64,000 nt of DNA from Actinocrinis sp. (GCF_035938995.1 NZ_DASZGI010000329.1:54535-118534), one strand, 5' to 3'. Positions 44,491 through 53,689 are shown, numbered from the stretch's first letter. Numbers and translations: made by a program. Notes: generated from the letters alone by a model not told the origin.

Positions 44491-44985
44491 GTGAGCGAAC
44501 CGATCGCCTCCAGGCCCTACATGCCTGGCTACGGCACGCTGCCCCCAGACGAGGGGCGCGGGCTTCTCCCGTGGTCGTGGGCGGAGGATAGGTTGGTCCG
44601 CTCGCACGACTTCTGGCTGGCCACGGCCACGCCCGGCGGAGCGCCGCATCTGATGCCGGTATGGGCGGTCTGGCGCGAAGGCATGCTGTGGTTCAGCAGT
44701 TCGAACGGCTCGCGCAAGGCGCGCAATCTGGGCGCCGAATCCCGCTGCACCATGTCCACCGACGATCCCCGCGAACCTGTCGTCGTCCAGGGACAGGCTC
44801 GACGGATTACGGATCCTGACGCGCTTGCCGCCATGCTCGAGGCCGAAAACGCGAAGTACGGCACCGCGTACGGCATGGACACGGTGGATCCGGCATCGAA
44901 CACCGTCTTCGCCTTGGCGCCGGAGTGGGTGTTCGCCTTGGATTCCCGTGACTTCACCGGCTCGCCGACGAGGTTTGTCTTCTAG
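44491..44985 (+). CDS. pyridoxamine 5'-phosphate oxidase family (PPOX-class, possibly F420-dependent) protein
   Basis: 164 aa from GTG 44491. SRPYMPGYG..LLPWSWAEDRL..FWLATATPGGAPHLMPVWAVW is typical of this split-barrel family. Confidence 0.8.
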   Translation: MSEPIASRPYMPGYGTLPPDEGRGLLPWSWAEDRLVRSHDFWLATATPGGAPHLMPVWAVWREGMLWFSSSNGSRKARNLGAESRCTMSTDDPREPVVVQGQARRITDPDALAAMLEAENAKYGTAYGMDTVDPASNTVFALAPEWVFALDSRDFTGSPTRFVF

Positions 44986-45046
44986 CTGTCATGAGATGCA
45001 GGCCGCGCTCAGACTCACGGAACAGGGTCAGCGGCCTTGAGTCGGT

Positions 45047-47368
45047 TTAGTTGGCCACCCAGGTCGCGATCTGCGTTCTGGTGCGGAAACCGAGCTTGTT
45101 CAGGATGCTGCGAACGTGGCTGTCGACGGTGCGCTCGGAGATGAACAGGCGCGTGGCGATCTGCTTGTTGGTGAGCCCTTCGGCGATCAGCCGCGCGACC
45201 TCGGCTTCGCGCTTACCCAGCGGGCTCACATCGGCGTCGCCACCGCCACCGCCACCGGCTTCGCTTTGGTCGCCCTGACCGGCCCTGGCTTCGTCCGGGG
45301 ATTCGCCGAGCGCGAGGCGGATCGCCGCGTCCCGCTGGAGGTTCTTCCCGGCTTCGAACTCTGTCTTGAAGCGCGCTTCACCGAGCATCGCAGCCGCCGC
45401 CTGCTCGGCCTGGGCGAACTGCGTGGAAAGGATCGGCATGACGTTCGCGCCGGCTTCGACTCGCACCGTCTCCGCGGCGCCGAACATGGCTGCCGCCCAC
45501 AGCGCGTTGCCGGAGAGAGTGGCGTGGCAGGCGTGCGCGGCCAGCAGGTAGAACTGCGCGACCCGGTCGTCAATGCGGTGCGCGGTCGCCAACGCTTCGG
45601 CGAGCAGCGGCTCCGCCTCGGCGAGCTCCCCGGCCATCAACGCGGCGGAGCCGAGGTTCAGCAGCATGATCTCGAGCGTGTAGAAGTCGCCGATCTCCCT
45701 GGACAGGCGCACACCCTCGGTCGCGCCCGCCCTGATCGTGGCGAGATCGGCCTCGAAGAACGCGTTGAACACCCGGGCCTGCAGGACCGCGAGCCTGCCG
45801 TGCACGTAGTCGATGCCTGCGACCGCCTTCTGGGCCTCGGCGAGCAGACGCGCGGCGGCCGGGCCGTCGCCGGCGATGGCCTCGGCGACCGACGCCATCG
45901 ACAGCGCATCGCAGAGCAGGTCCTGCTGGCCGTTGCGCCGTGCCGCCGCCGCCGCTGCCTCGAGCTCCGGTTTGGCGACCGCCGGTTCCGCCTTCAGCAC
46001 GGCCAGGAAACCGCGGATGAAGGTGGCCCAGGCACGTAGCTGCGGATCGCCGCCCTCCATCGCGAGGAACCCGCCGAGCCACCGCATGCCCTCGGTCGTC
46101 GCACGGGTGATCCAGAACCAACTCAGGGACAGGGCAAGCTCGATGCCGCGGGAGGTGTCCCCCTGTGTCAGGCATCGACTGAGCACGGCCCGGATGTTGT
46201 CGATCTCGAGGTCCGCCCAGGGAAGCCACTCGAGAAGGCGGACGCGCACCGCCTGTCCGGGCTCGACCTTCGACCGGAAGTACTCCGTGCAGGCGAGCTC
46301 GACTGAATCCCGCTCGCCAGCCTCGTCGATCTTGAGTCGTGCGTACTCGCGCATCGTCTCGTGCAGGCGATAGCACGGCAGGCCATGGGCTTCCTCGCGG
46401 ACCACCAAGGACTTGTCAATGAGCGACGACATCAGGTCCAGCGCCTGCGCGGGCGGTGTGCCCTCAGGCATGCAGACCGCTTCCGCGTCGTCCAGCGTGA
46501 ATCTGCCCGCGAACACGCATGCCCGTCGCAGGACCGCGCGCTCGCCGTCGGTCAGCAGGTCGTGGCTCCACTCGATCGTGGTCCGCAGGGTCTGGTGGCG
46601 CGGCAGGGCGGCGCGGCTGCCTCCTGTCAGCAGGCTGAAACGGTCGGACAGGCGGTCGAGGATCTGCTCGGCCGCGAGGACCCTCGTCCGGACCGCGGCG
46701 AGCTCGATCGCCAAGGGCAGCCCGTCAAGCCGTCGGCACAGCTCTACCACCGTCGCCCGGTTGGCCGCCATCAGCTCGAACACCCCGGACGCCGCCTCAG
46801 CCCGCTCGACGAAGAGAGCCACCGCCTCGTTCTGCCGCAGCCGGACCAGGGACTCCGTCGGGTCCGGCGAAGGCAGCTCGAGAGGCGTCACGGGGACGAT
46901 GTGCTCGCCCGCGGCGGCGAGCGGCTCCCGGCTGGTGGCGATCACCCGCACGTCCGGTGCGGCTTTCAGCACATCGGTGACGACCCGCGCGGCTGTTTCG
47001 AGCAAGTGCTCGCAGTTGTCCACGACCAGGAGCAGTTCCTTCTCCCGCAGGTAAGACAGGATCAGCGCTAGAGGCTCGGTCGAGGCCTGGTCGCGCAGAC
47101 CCAAGGCCGCCATGACCGCGCTGCCGACGAGCGCCGGGTCCTGCAGGTCCGCGAGTTCGACCAGCCAGGCGCCGTCGCGGAACCCGCGTCCGAGATCGGC
47201 GGCGGCGCGCACCGCCAGCCGGGTCTTGCCGACGCCGCCCGGCCCGACCAGACTGATCAGCCGCGCCTGCGTGAGTTTCTTCCTGATCTCCGCGAGTTCG
47301 CGGCGGCGGCCGACGAAGCTGGTCGTCTCGGCCGGAAGGCTGCCAGTGCGCCGGGTGGGCCTCGCCAT
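45047..47368 (-). CDS. LAL-type regulator: AAA/STAND ATPase + TPR-like region + C-terminal LuxR HTH
   Basis: 773 aa. Walker A GPGGVGKTRLA, Walker B LLLVVDNCEH, and a C-terminal LuxR HTH (REAEVARLIAEGLTNKQIATRLFISERTVDSHV). Confidence 0.85.
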   Translation of the reverse strand: MARPTRRTGSLPAETTSFVGRRRELAEIRKKLTQARLISLVGPGGVGKTRLAVRAAADLGRGFRDGAWLVELADLQDPALVGSAVMAALGLRDQASTEPLALILSYLREKELLLVVDNCEHLLETAARVVTDVLKAAPDVRVIATSREPLAAAGEHIVPVTPLELPSPDPTESLVRLRQNEAVALFVERAEAASGVFELMAANRATVVELCRRLDGLPLAIELAAVRTRVLAAEQILDRLSDRFSLLTGGSRAALPRHQTLRTTIEWSHDLLTDGERAVLRRACVFAGRFTLDDAEAVCMPEGTPPAQALDLMSSLIDKSLVVREEAHGLPCYRLHETMREYARLKIDEAGERDSVELACTEYFRSKVEPGQAVRVRLLEWLPWADLEIDNIRAVLSRCLTQGDTSRGIELALSLSWFWITRATTEGMRWLGGFLAMEGGDPQLRAWATFIRGFLAVLKAEPAVAKPELEAAAAAARRNGQQDLLCDALSMASVAEAIAGDGPAAARLLAEAQKAVAGIDYVHGRLAVLQARVFNAFFEADLATIRAGATEGVRLSREIGDFYTLEIMLLNLGSAALMAGELAEAEPLLAEALATAHRIDDRVAQFYLLAAHACHATLSGNALWAAAMFGAAETVRVEAGANVMPILSTQFAQAEQAAAAMLGEARFKTEFEAGKNLQRDAAIRLALGESPDEARAGQGDQSEAGGGGGGDADVSPLGKREAEVARLIAEGLTNKQIATRLFISERTVDSHVRSILNKLGFRTRTQIATWVAN

Positions 47369-47492
47369 GGCAGGACGGTATTACATGCGCAGCCCACTGC
47401 GCTCGCCGGAAGCGCTGTGCTTACCGGAATCGGTGCCCGCTCGGTAATTCCACGGATATCGGCGCTCGTAGCGCCGCTCTTAGCGTGAAGAC

Positions 47493-47714
47493 ATGCCTGA
47501 GGAGCTGTCGATCCGCCGCGTGGAGGTCAGTTTCGTCGGCGCCGTCCCGGCCCGGCAGGTTGAACGCGCATCGGGCGTCAGCGACGTCCAGAGCGACGGC
47601 AGTGTCCTGCGATGCCTCGTCCGCGGCAGCTTCCAGCCCTTCCTCGAGGCGCTGCGCGGCTACGAAGTCATCGTTCTGAATTCGACGTCGATACCCGCCG
47701 AAGGATCGTCCTGA
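47493..47714 (+). pseudogene. stand-alone C-terminal fragment of a DrrA-type ABC ATPase (DUF4162-like region)
   Basis: 73 aa. RRVEVSFVGAVPARQVERASGVSDVQSDGSVLRCLVRGSFQPFLEALRGYEVIVLNS resembles the extreme C-terminal domain of ABC-2 ATPases. No Walker motifs lie upstream. GC3 is still high. Confidence 0.4.
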
Positions 47715-47741
47715 GGCCGGTCGACAAGGGGGAGAGGGAAC

Positions 47742-50042
47742 ATGTCGGGGTTCTTCGCCGCCGCCGGGCGGTTCGCGGTCCGATTCCGCTGGGCGGTGAT
47801 CGCGGCCTGGGTCGTCGCGACCGTCCTGGCCAACCTGTACCTTCCGTCGCTGAACAGCGTAGCCAAGGGCAGCAACAGCGACTATCTGCCGCCGGGCAGT
47901 CCCAGCCGGCAGGCCGCCCAGTTGGCGGTCCCCTTCCAAAGCCCGAACCAGGCGGCCATCCCGGTCCTCGTCGCCCGCGATGGCGGCGCGTTGACCGCCG
48001 CGGACCGCGCCGCCATCGTGCGGCTGGACTCCGGTCTCGACCGGGTCGCCAACGTGCAGAAGGTCAACGATCTCGGTGTCAGCCGTGACGGCCGCGTCGA
48101 TGAATCACAGGTCCTTGCGACACTGGACCTCAGCACCCTGGGCCCGTTGGAGGACCTCGACAACGGTTTGCGCGCCGAAATCCGGTCGGCCGGCCTGCCC
48201 GGTGATCTGACCGCCCATCTCGCCGGGCCGCTGGCCGCTCAGGCCGACGCCGCCCAAAGCTCCCAGCAGGCCGGAAACGTCGGCGAGGACTTGTCCATCC
48301 TGTTCATCCTCGTGCTGCTGTTCGTCGTCTTCCGGTCCATCCTCGCCCCGCTCCTCACGCTCGCGCCCGCGGTCCTCGTCACCCAGCTCGCCGGTCCGGT
48401 GATCGGCGCGGCGGGCAAGGCCGGCCTCCCGGTCTCGTCGCTCACCGGGATCCTGCTGATCGTCCTGGCGCTCGGCGCGGGCACGGACTACGGCCTCTTC
48501 CTCGTCTTCCGGGTCCGGGAGGAACTGCGCGACGGCGTGTCCCCGCGCGACGCGGTCGTGCGCGCGCTTTCGCGGGTCGGCGAATCGATCACCTTCTCCG
48601 CCGTGACCGTCATCGCCGCGTTGCTCACGCTGCTGCTGGCTTCCCTCGGGCTGTATTCGAGCCTCGGCGCGCCGCTGGCGATCGCCGTCGCGCTGATGCT
48701 GCTGGCAGGCCTGACACTGATGCCGGCTCTGCTGGCCGTCTTCGGGCGGGCGGCGTTCTGGCCATCGAAGACGACGCGCAGCGCGCGACGCCCCGGCTGG
48801 TGGGGTCGCACCGCCGGGCGCATCGTGCGCCGACCGGCCACCACGCTCGTCCTCGGGCTGCTCGGATTCGGGGCGCTGGCGATCGCAGCGATCGCATACG
48901 TCCCGGGCGGCTTCGGCAGCGGGCCGGCCGCGCCTACGGGCTCCGACTCGGCCGCGGGCAACGCGCTGCTCGCCGCCCACTTCCCGACCGCCAGCCGCAA
49001 CCCGACCGGCGTGCTGCTGCGCTTCCCCGACTCGGTCTGGACCGACCCGGCCCCCGTCGCCCGGGCCCAGCGCCTGCTCGCGGCATCCCCGCAGTTCAAC
49101 AGCGTCGTCGGCCCCTTCGACTCCGGCCAGGTCACGCTCGCCGCCGACCAGCTGACGTCCCTGCACGCGACTCTCGGCGATCCCGCGGCGTTGCCCGCGG
49201 TTCCGCCGCCCGGCAGTGGCGTCCAGGACGCCGAGTGGGCCGCCTACCGCGCGGAAAGCCAGTTCATCAGCCCAGACGGCCGTACGGTTCAGTTCGAAGT
49301 CGGCCTGACCGCCGGAGCCGCGGATTCGAATGCCGCGGCCCATCAGATCCCGGCCATCCGCGCCGCCGTCGCCGCCTTCGCCCGCGAGGCCGGCGCCACC
49401 GCGAACGGCGTCACCGGCCAGGCGGCCAGCGTCTACGACGTGGGTCAGACCTCTGACGGGGACCTGCTGCGCATCTTCCCGGTCGCCGTTCTCGCGATCG
49501 CGATCCTGCTCGCGCTCGTGCTGCGCAGCCTGATCGCGCCGCTCTACCTCATCGCGTCGGTGGCGGTCAGCTATCTGGCCGCGTTCGGTCTGTCCGTGCT
49601 GCTCTTCCAGCACGCGAACGGCGGCTCGCTGCCGTACTTCGTGCCGTTCCTGATGTTCCTGTTCCTGCTGGCCCTCGGCGAGGACTACAACATCCTCGTC
49701 ATGACCCGGATCCGCGAGGAGGCGGGCGACATTCCGCTGCGGGAGGCGGTTCCCCACGCCTTGGAGCACACCGGCTCGACCATCAGCTCGGCCGGACTCG
49801 TCCTCGCGGGAACCTTCGGGGTCTTCGCCTTTGTCGAGAACGGGCAGCCCGGCGGGGGCGTCTACCGGGACATCCTGGCCTCCCTCGCGATCGGCATCCT
49901 GATGGACGCCTTCCTCGTGCGCACCCTGCTCGTCCCGGCGACGGTCGCGCTCCTCGGCCGGTGGAACTGGTGGCCGTCGGCGCACGGCAGACCGGTGGAG
50001 GCCGAGCGGAGCCCGGCCCCCACGCCGACGGCCGTCCGATGA
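47742..50042 (+). CDS. MMPL-family (RND superfamily) transporter
   Basis: 766 aa. ATG is preceded by GGGGGAGAGGGAA. Has two 6-TM bundles, each with a large extracytoplasmic loop, and GTDYGLFLV / GEDYNILVM motifs. Confidence 0.9.
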   Translation: MSGFFAAAGRFAVRFRWAVIAAWVVATVLANLYLPSLNSVAKGSNSDYLPPGSPSRQAAQLAVPFQSPNQAAIPVLVARDGGALTAADRAAIVRLDSGLDRVANVQKVNDLGVSRDGRVDESQVLATLDLSTLGPLEDLDNGLRAEIRSAGLPGDLTAHLAGPLAAQADAAQSSQQAGNVGEDLSILFILVLLFVVFRSILAPLLTLAPAVLVTQLAGPVIGAAGKAGLPVSSLTGILLIVLALGAGTDYGLFLVFRVREELRDGVSPRDAVVRALSRVGESITFSAVTVIAALLTLLLASLGLYSSLGAPLAIAVALMLLAGLTLMPALLAVFGRAAFWPSKTTRSARRPGWWGRTAGRIVRRPATTLVLGLLGFGALAIAAIAYVPGGFGSGPAAPTGSDSAAGNALLAAHFPTASRNPTGVLLRFPDSVWTDPAPVARAQRLLAASPQFNSVVGPFDSGQVTLAADQLTSLHATLGDPAALPAVPPPGSGVQDAEWAAYRAESQFISPDGRTVQFEVGLTAGAADSNAAAHQIPAIRAAVAAFAREAGATANGVTGQAASVYDVGQTSDGDLLRIFPVAVLAIAILLALVLRSLIAPLYLIASVAVSYLAAFGLSVLLFQHANGGSLPYFVPFLMFLFLLALGEDYNILVMTRIREEAGDIPLREAVPHALEHTGSTISSAGLVLAGTFGVFAFVENGQPGGGVYRDILASLAIGILMDAFLVRTLLVPATVALLGRWNWWPSAHGRPVEAERSPAPTPTAVR

Positions 50043-51577
50043 GGCGCGCCGCCGCGGCCGCGGTCCCCGCTCTGGACCGCGGTCGCGGCCGCGTGTGCAT
50101 CGTCGGCGCCGGGTCATCGGGAATCGCCGCCTGCCAGGCCCTCCACGCTCGTGGGATACCGTTCGACTGCTTCGAGGCAGGTACGGAGGTGGGCGGCAAC
50201 TGGCGGTACCCCAGTGACAACGGGATGTCGTCCGCCTACCGATCGCTGCACGCGAAGTCGTCCCGGAAGGGCATGCAGTACGCGACCTTCCCTATCCCAG
50301 ACGATTATCCGAATTACCTGAGCCACACCGCGGTCGCAAAGTACCTTGACGACTACGTCGACCACTTCGGCTTCCGCGGGAGCATCAGATTCCAGACGAG
50401 CGTCGTCTGGGCCGAACCGGGGTGGGAAGGCGGCTGGGACGTCACGATAAGGCGCCGCCACACCACAGAGGAACGCACCGAGCGATACGCCGCGGTGATC
50501 GTCGCCAACGGTCACCACTGGGCCCCTAAGTATCCGGAGCCGACCTTTCCCGGTGCGGATACCTTTACCGGCGAGCAGTTCCACTCGCACGACTACCGCA
50601 CACCTGAGCCCTACGCCGACAAACGTGTCCTGATCCTCGGCATCGGCAACTCCGCATGCGACATCGCGACGGATTGCTCACAGGTCGCCGCCCGCACCCT
50701 GATCGCGATGCGGCGCGGTGCCCACATCGTGCCGAAATACCTCTTCGGCACCCCTATCGATCACCTGACACTTATGCGCTTAGGCACGCGGACCCCGCGC
50801 TGTCTCCAAAACGGAGCAGCCGGGATGCTCATGCGCATCGCCCAGGGCAACGTCACGGCGTACGGGCTGCCCAAGCCCGATCACAAGCTGCTGTCAATGC
50901 CCCCGACGGTGTCGGACAGCCTGCTCAGCCGGGTCGATCACGGCGACATCATCGTCAAGCCGACCATCGACCGACTCGACGGTGACCGCGTTCATTTCAC
51001 CGACGGCAGCTGCGAAAAGGTCGACACGGTCATCTACTGCACCGGGTACAGAATTCGCCATCCGTTCCTCGACGAGGCGGCGGTGCTCGGCGAGGGCGGA
51101 AGCAGCGGCCAACCGCGTCTGTACCGACGCGTCATCCCGCCCCACCTGCCCGGGCTGTATTTCATCGGCCTGGTCCAACCGCTCGGCGCCATCATGCCGA
51201 TCGCGGAAGCCCAGGCGCAGTGGGCGGCCGATCTCCTCGAAGGCCAGGCGACACTGCCACAGCCAGCGCAAATGAACCGCGAAATCGACAGGCATCGTGC
51301 CGTGGCTGCCCGCCGATACGACCCTGCGGCCCAACCCGGTATCCGTGTGGATTTCCTCCCGTACCTGCGAGAGATCCACCGAGAGCGGATGGCGGGCGCC
51401 AAGCGCGCACGAGCCGCGGGTGTGGGATGGCTCCGGTCGCCAAGTGCGGGATGGCTCCGGTTGTCGAAGGCGTCGTCGACCACGACGACCGCTGGCCCTC
51501 CGCCATCCCGCGCGCTTACAGACACTGCCCCCGCAGACCGCTACGTCCACGCCAGCCGCGATCTGTCCGCCCAGTAA
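50039..51577 (+). CDS. flavin-containing monooxygenase (class B FMO/BVMO-like)
   Basis: ATG 50039 overlaps the MMPL stop (ATGA). FAD motif IVGAGSSG, FMO motif FTGEQFHSHDY, NADPH motif LGIGNSACD. Confidence 0.85.
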   Translation: MRRAAAAAVPALDRGRGRVCIVGAGSSGIAACQALHARGIPFDCFEAGTEVGGNWRYPSDNGMSSAYRSLHAKSSRKGMQYATFPIPDDYPNYLSHTAVAKYLDDYVDHFGFRGSIRFQTSVVWAEPGWEGGWDVTIRRRHTTEERTERYAAVIVANGHHWAPKYPEPTFPGADTFTGEQFHSHDYRTPEPYADKRVLILGIGNSACDIATDCSQVAARTLIAMRRGAHIVPKYLFGTPIDHLTLMRLGTRTPRCLQNGAAGMLMRIAQGNVTAYGLPKPDHKLLSMPPTVSDSLLSRVDHGDIIVKPTIDRLDGDRVHFTDGSCEKVDTVIYCTGYRIRHPFLDEAAVLGEGGSSGQPRLYRRVIPPHLPGLYFIGLVQPLGAIMPIAEAQAQWAADLLEGQATLPQPAQMNREIDRHRAVAARRYDPAAQPGIRVDFLPYLREIHRERMAGAKRARAAGVGWLRSPSAGWLRLSKASSTTTTAGPPPSRALTDTAPADRYVHASRDLSAQ

Positions 51578-51578
51578 G

Positions 51579-51608
51579 CGCTGGCCGCCACAGACAATGC
51601 GGCCAGCG
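51579..51608 (+). terminator. hairpin directly after the FMO stop
   Basis: CGCTGGCCGC - 10-nt loop - GCGGCCAGCG, a 10-bp stem starting 2 nt after the TAA. Confidence 0.45.
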
Positions 51609-51659
51609 ACTCCAGCTGATCGGCCGTAAGACGCATGTCACTCGACACCGCTCCGGTGT

Positions 51660-51676
51660 GCGACTAAAATAGTCGC
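51660..51676 (+). promoter_or_regulatory. palindrome GCGACTA-aaa-TAGTCGC containing the -10-like TAAAAT, abutting the antitoxin ATG (leaderless promoter/operator candidate)
   Basis: TAAAAT at 51665-51670 lies 6 nt upstream of the A of ATG 51677. No SD sequence is present. Confidence 0.45.
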
Positions 51677-51913
51677 ATGAGCGTGAGCCTTTACATCCGA
51701 GACATGCCGGAAGAGCTACGTGATCGTGTCAAGCAGCGCGCCGCTGCTAACCGGCAGTCGATCAACTCCTTCCTGCTCGACCTGATCGAGCGGGAGATGC
51801 AGTTGCCGACCCTCGATGAATGGCTCGATGGGCTCGACGACCTGCCGAAGGTCCCCGACGTGACCACGGGTGAGATCGTGGAGGTCATTCGAGATGTCCG
51901 GGAATCGTCGTGA
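51677..51913 (+). CDS. vapB: type II antitoxin (FitA/VapB-like ribbon-helix-helix)
   Basis: 78 aa. LYIRDMPEELRDRVKQRAAANRQSINSFLLDLI is an RHH antitoxin signature. Overlaps the toxin start by 4 nt. Confidence 0.8.
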   Translation: MSVSLYIRDMPEELRDRVKQRAAANRQSINSFLLDLIEREMQLPTLDEWLDGLDDLPKVPDVTTGEIVEVIRDVRESS

Positions 51914-52314
51914 GTGAGGGCTTGGCCGTCATCGACGCATCCTGCATCGTGCGCATCCTGACCTCGTCCGACGAGGTGGCGTCGGTCGTTAAATCCTTCT
52001 TGCGCGGCAAGGCCCTGTACGCACCTACGCTGGTGGACTACGAGGTGACATCTGCGCTGCGCGGTCTTGCACGCAAGCGCCCGGAAGTCGAACAGGCCGC
52101 CGGCGCCTATCTGCGCTACGTGGCGGCCATGCCGATCCGCCGCGAGAGCGCGCAGCCGTTGATCGCCAGGGTGTGGAGTCTGCGGCACAACTACGCGGCG
52201 TACGACGCTTCTTATGTAGCTCTCGCCGAGGCACTTGACGCGACGCTGGTCACCTGCGATGAGAAGTTCGCCCGCGCGGGCGCCGCGCGCTGCCCGATCG
52301 AGACGATCGGCTGA
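51910..52314 (+). CDS. vapC: type II toxin, PIN-domain ribonuclease
   Basis: 134 aa. Contains VIDASCIV, YDASYVALAEAL and LVTCDEKF. Confidence 0.85.
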   Translation: MSEGLAVIDASCIVRILTSSDEVASVVKSFLRGKALYAPTLVDYEVTSALRGLARKRPEVEQAAGAYLRYVAAMPIRRESAQPLIARVWSLRHNYAAYDASYVALAEALDATLVTCDEKFARAGAARCPIETIG

Positions 52315-52344
52315 AGCGTCCACAGCACTCGATTAGCCGTTGTT

Positions 52345-52537
52345 GTGATGCACGCCCGCGTCTGCGATCGCGACCTGCTCAGCCGATGCCTGGATGGGTC
52401 GTCTCCTCCATCGAGGCGCGGCAACGGGCGGCGATGGCCGAGCTGGCGGCGTCGACCGACGGCCCGGAGGAGGCGATGCGCGCGCTGTGGGAGCGGCTCA
52501 GCACGCCTGAGCTGCGCCCGTTCGTCCGGCTCTTCTT
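52345..52537 (+). pseudogene. relic of a TetR-family regulator gene (C-terminal ligand-domain fragment only)
   Basis: IEARQRAAMAELAASTDGPEEAMRALWERLSTPELRPFVRLFF resembles the TetR C-terminal region. No HTH is encoded upstream, and the frame runs into the antisense of the CMD gene. Confidence 0.35.
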
Positions 52538-53107
52538 TTACCGCACGACGTTGTTGTCCTCCGGAGCGTACGCCGCCAACGGCTCGTCAAGCGGGGCGCG
52601 CGTCATTCGGTTGGCGAGCGTGGACATCGTGTAGGCACCGATACCCAACACCACTTCGAGGGCGTTCTGCGCCGTGTAGCCGTGACCCATGAAGGTCTCG
52701 AGTGTTTCCGCGCTGACCGCCCCCGCGTCGTCGATCACCTGATGCGTGAAGCGGCGTATCGCTTCCAGGCGCGGATCGTCCAGCTCTTGTCGGCCTCGCA
52801 ATGCATTGATGATTTCTGTGGTCGCACCCAGCGCGTGCAGCCTGGCGGTGTGCATGGCGATGCAGATGTGGCAGCCGTTGCGAGTCGCGATCGTCATGAT
52901 GAGCACCTCGCGGGACAGCGGGTCGAGCGTCGTCCTCTCGAACAGCGCGCTCGCCTTCAAGAAGCCTTCGAGCAGGTGCGGCGAGGTGGCCAGCAGGCCC
53001 ACGCCGGACGGCAGGTAACCCAGGTGCTCGATCGTGGAGCGCATGGCGCCGCGAGACCCCTGCGGCGCCGATTCGAGCGTGTGACAGACAAACGGAGCGT
53101 GAGACAC
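52538..53107 (-). CDS. carboxymuconolactone decarboxylase (AhpD-like) family protein
   Basis: 189 aa. CxxC-type motif NGCHICIAMH in a CMD helix bundle. Confidence 0.85.
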   Translation of the reverse strand: MSHAPFVCHTLESAPQGSRGAMRSTIEHLGYLPSGVGLLATSPHLLEGFLKASALFERTTLDPLSREVLIMTIATRNGCHICIAMHTARLHALGATTEIINALRGRQELDDPRLEAIRRFTHQVIDDAGAVSAETLETFMGHGYTAQNALEVVLGIGAYTMSTLANRMTRAPLDEPLAAYAPEDNNVVR

Positions 53108-53151
53108 GCGTCCCCCTCTGCAGGCGTCGGCCTTCGGCCACGCCTATAATC

Positions 53152-53166
53152 GACAATGTGGTTGTC
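53152..53166. promoter_or_regulatory. GACAA-tgtgg-TTGTC palindrome between TATAAT (53145-53150) and TATAAC in the CMD/MarR divergent region
   Basis: Read directly from the sequence. GGTTGTC recurs at 53181-53187. Confidence 0.35.
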
Positions 53167-53182
53167 TATAACGTAAACCAGG

Positions 53183-53689
53183 TTGTCGGATTCCGCAATG
53201 GCTGAGCTCCGCGCAGCGCGTCCGCCCGCCGCCGTTCCGGGCTACGAGCTCCCGCTGCTGCTGTTCGCGAACTTCCGCGGCATAATCGACGAGCTGCACG
53301 CCGAACTGGCCCGCCAGGGACACCCAGACGTGCGCCCCGCCTACGGCTTCGCCATGCAGGCCATCGGCCGCGACGGCGCGACGGCGAGCGAACTCGGGCG
53401 CCGACTTGGTGTGTCGAAGCAAGCCGCGGGCAAGACGGTGGACCGGCTCGAACACCTCGGCTATGCGGAGCGCATCGACGACGCCGCGGACGCCAGGCGC
53501 AAGCTCGTCCGGCTTACGCCCCGGGGTATCGACTCCCTGATGCGCTCAGCCGCGATCTTCGATGAGCTCCGTGCGCGCTGGGCTGCCAATCTCGGTGCCG
53601 AACGTCTCGAAAGCGTCGAGGACGCCCTGCGTGTTATGGCTCCTGCGAGCGGCTTCCGTCTTGACGTCGCCGGTTGGTTCGGCGGGTAG
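53183..53689 (+). CDS. MarR-family transcriptional regulator
   Basis: wHTH region ASELGRRLGVSKQAAGKTVDRLEHLGYAER..DARRKLVRLTPRG. ATG 53198 is an alternative to TTG 53183. Confidence 0.85.
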   Translation: MSDSAMAELRAARPPAAVPGYELPLLLFANFRGIIDELHAELARQGHPDVRPAYGFAMQAIGRDGATASELGRRLGVSKQAAGKTVDRLEHLGYAERIDDAADARRKLVRLTPRGIDSLMRSAAIFDELRARWAANLGAERLESVEDALRVMAPASGFRLDVAGWFGG

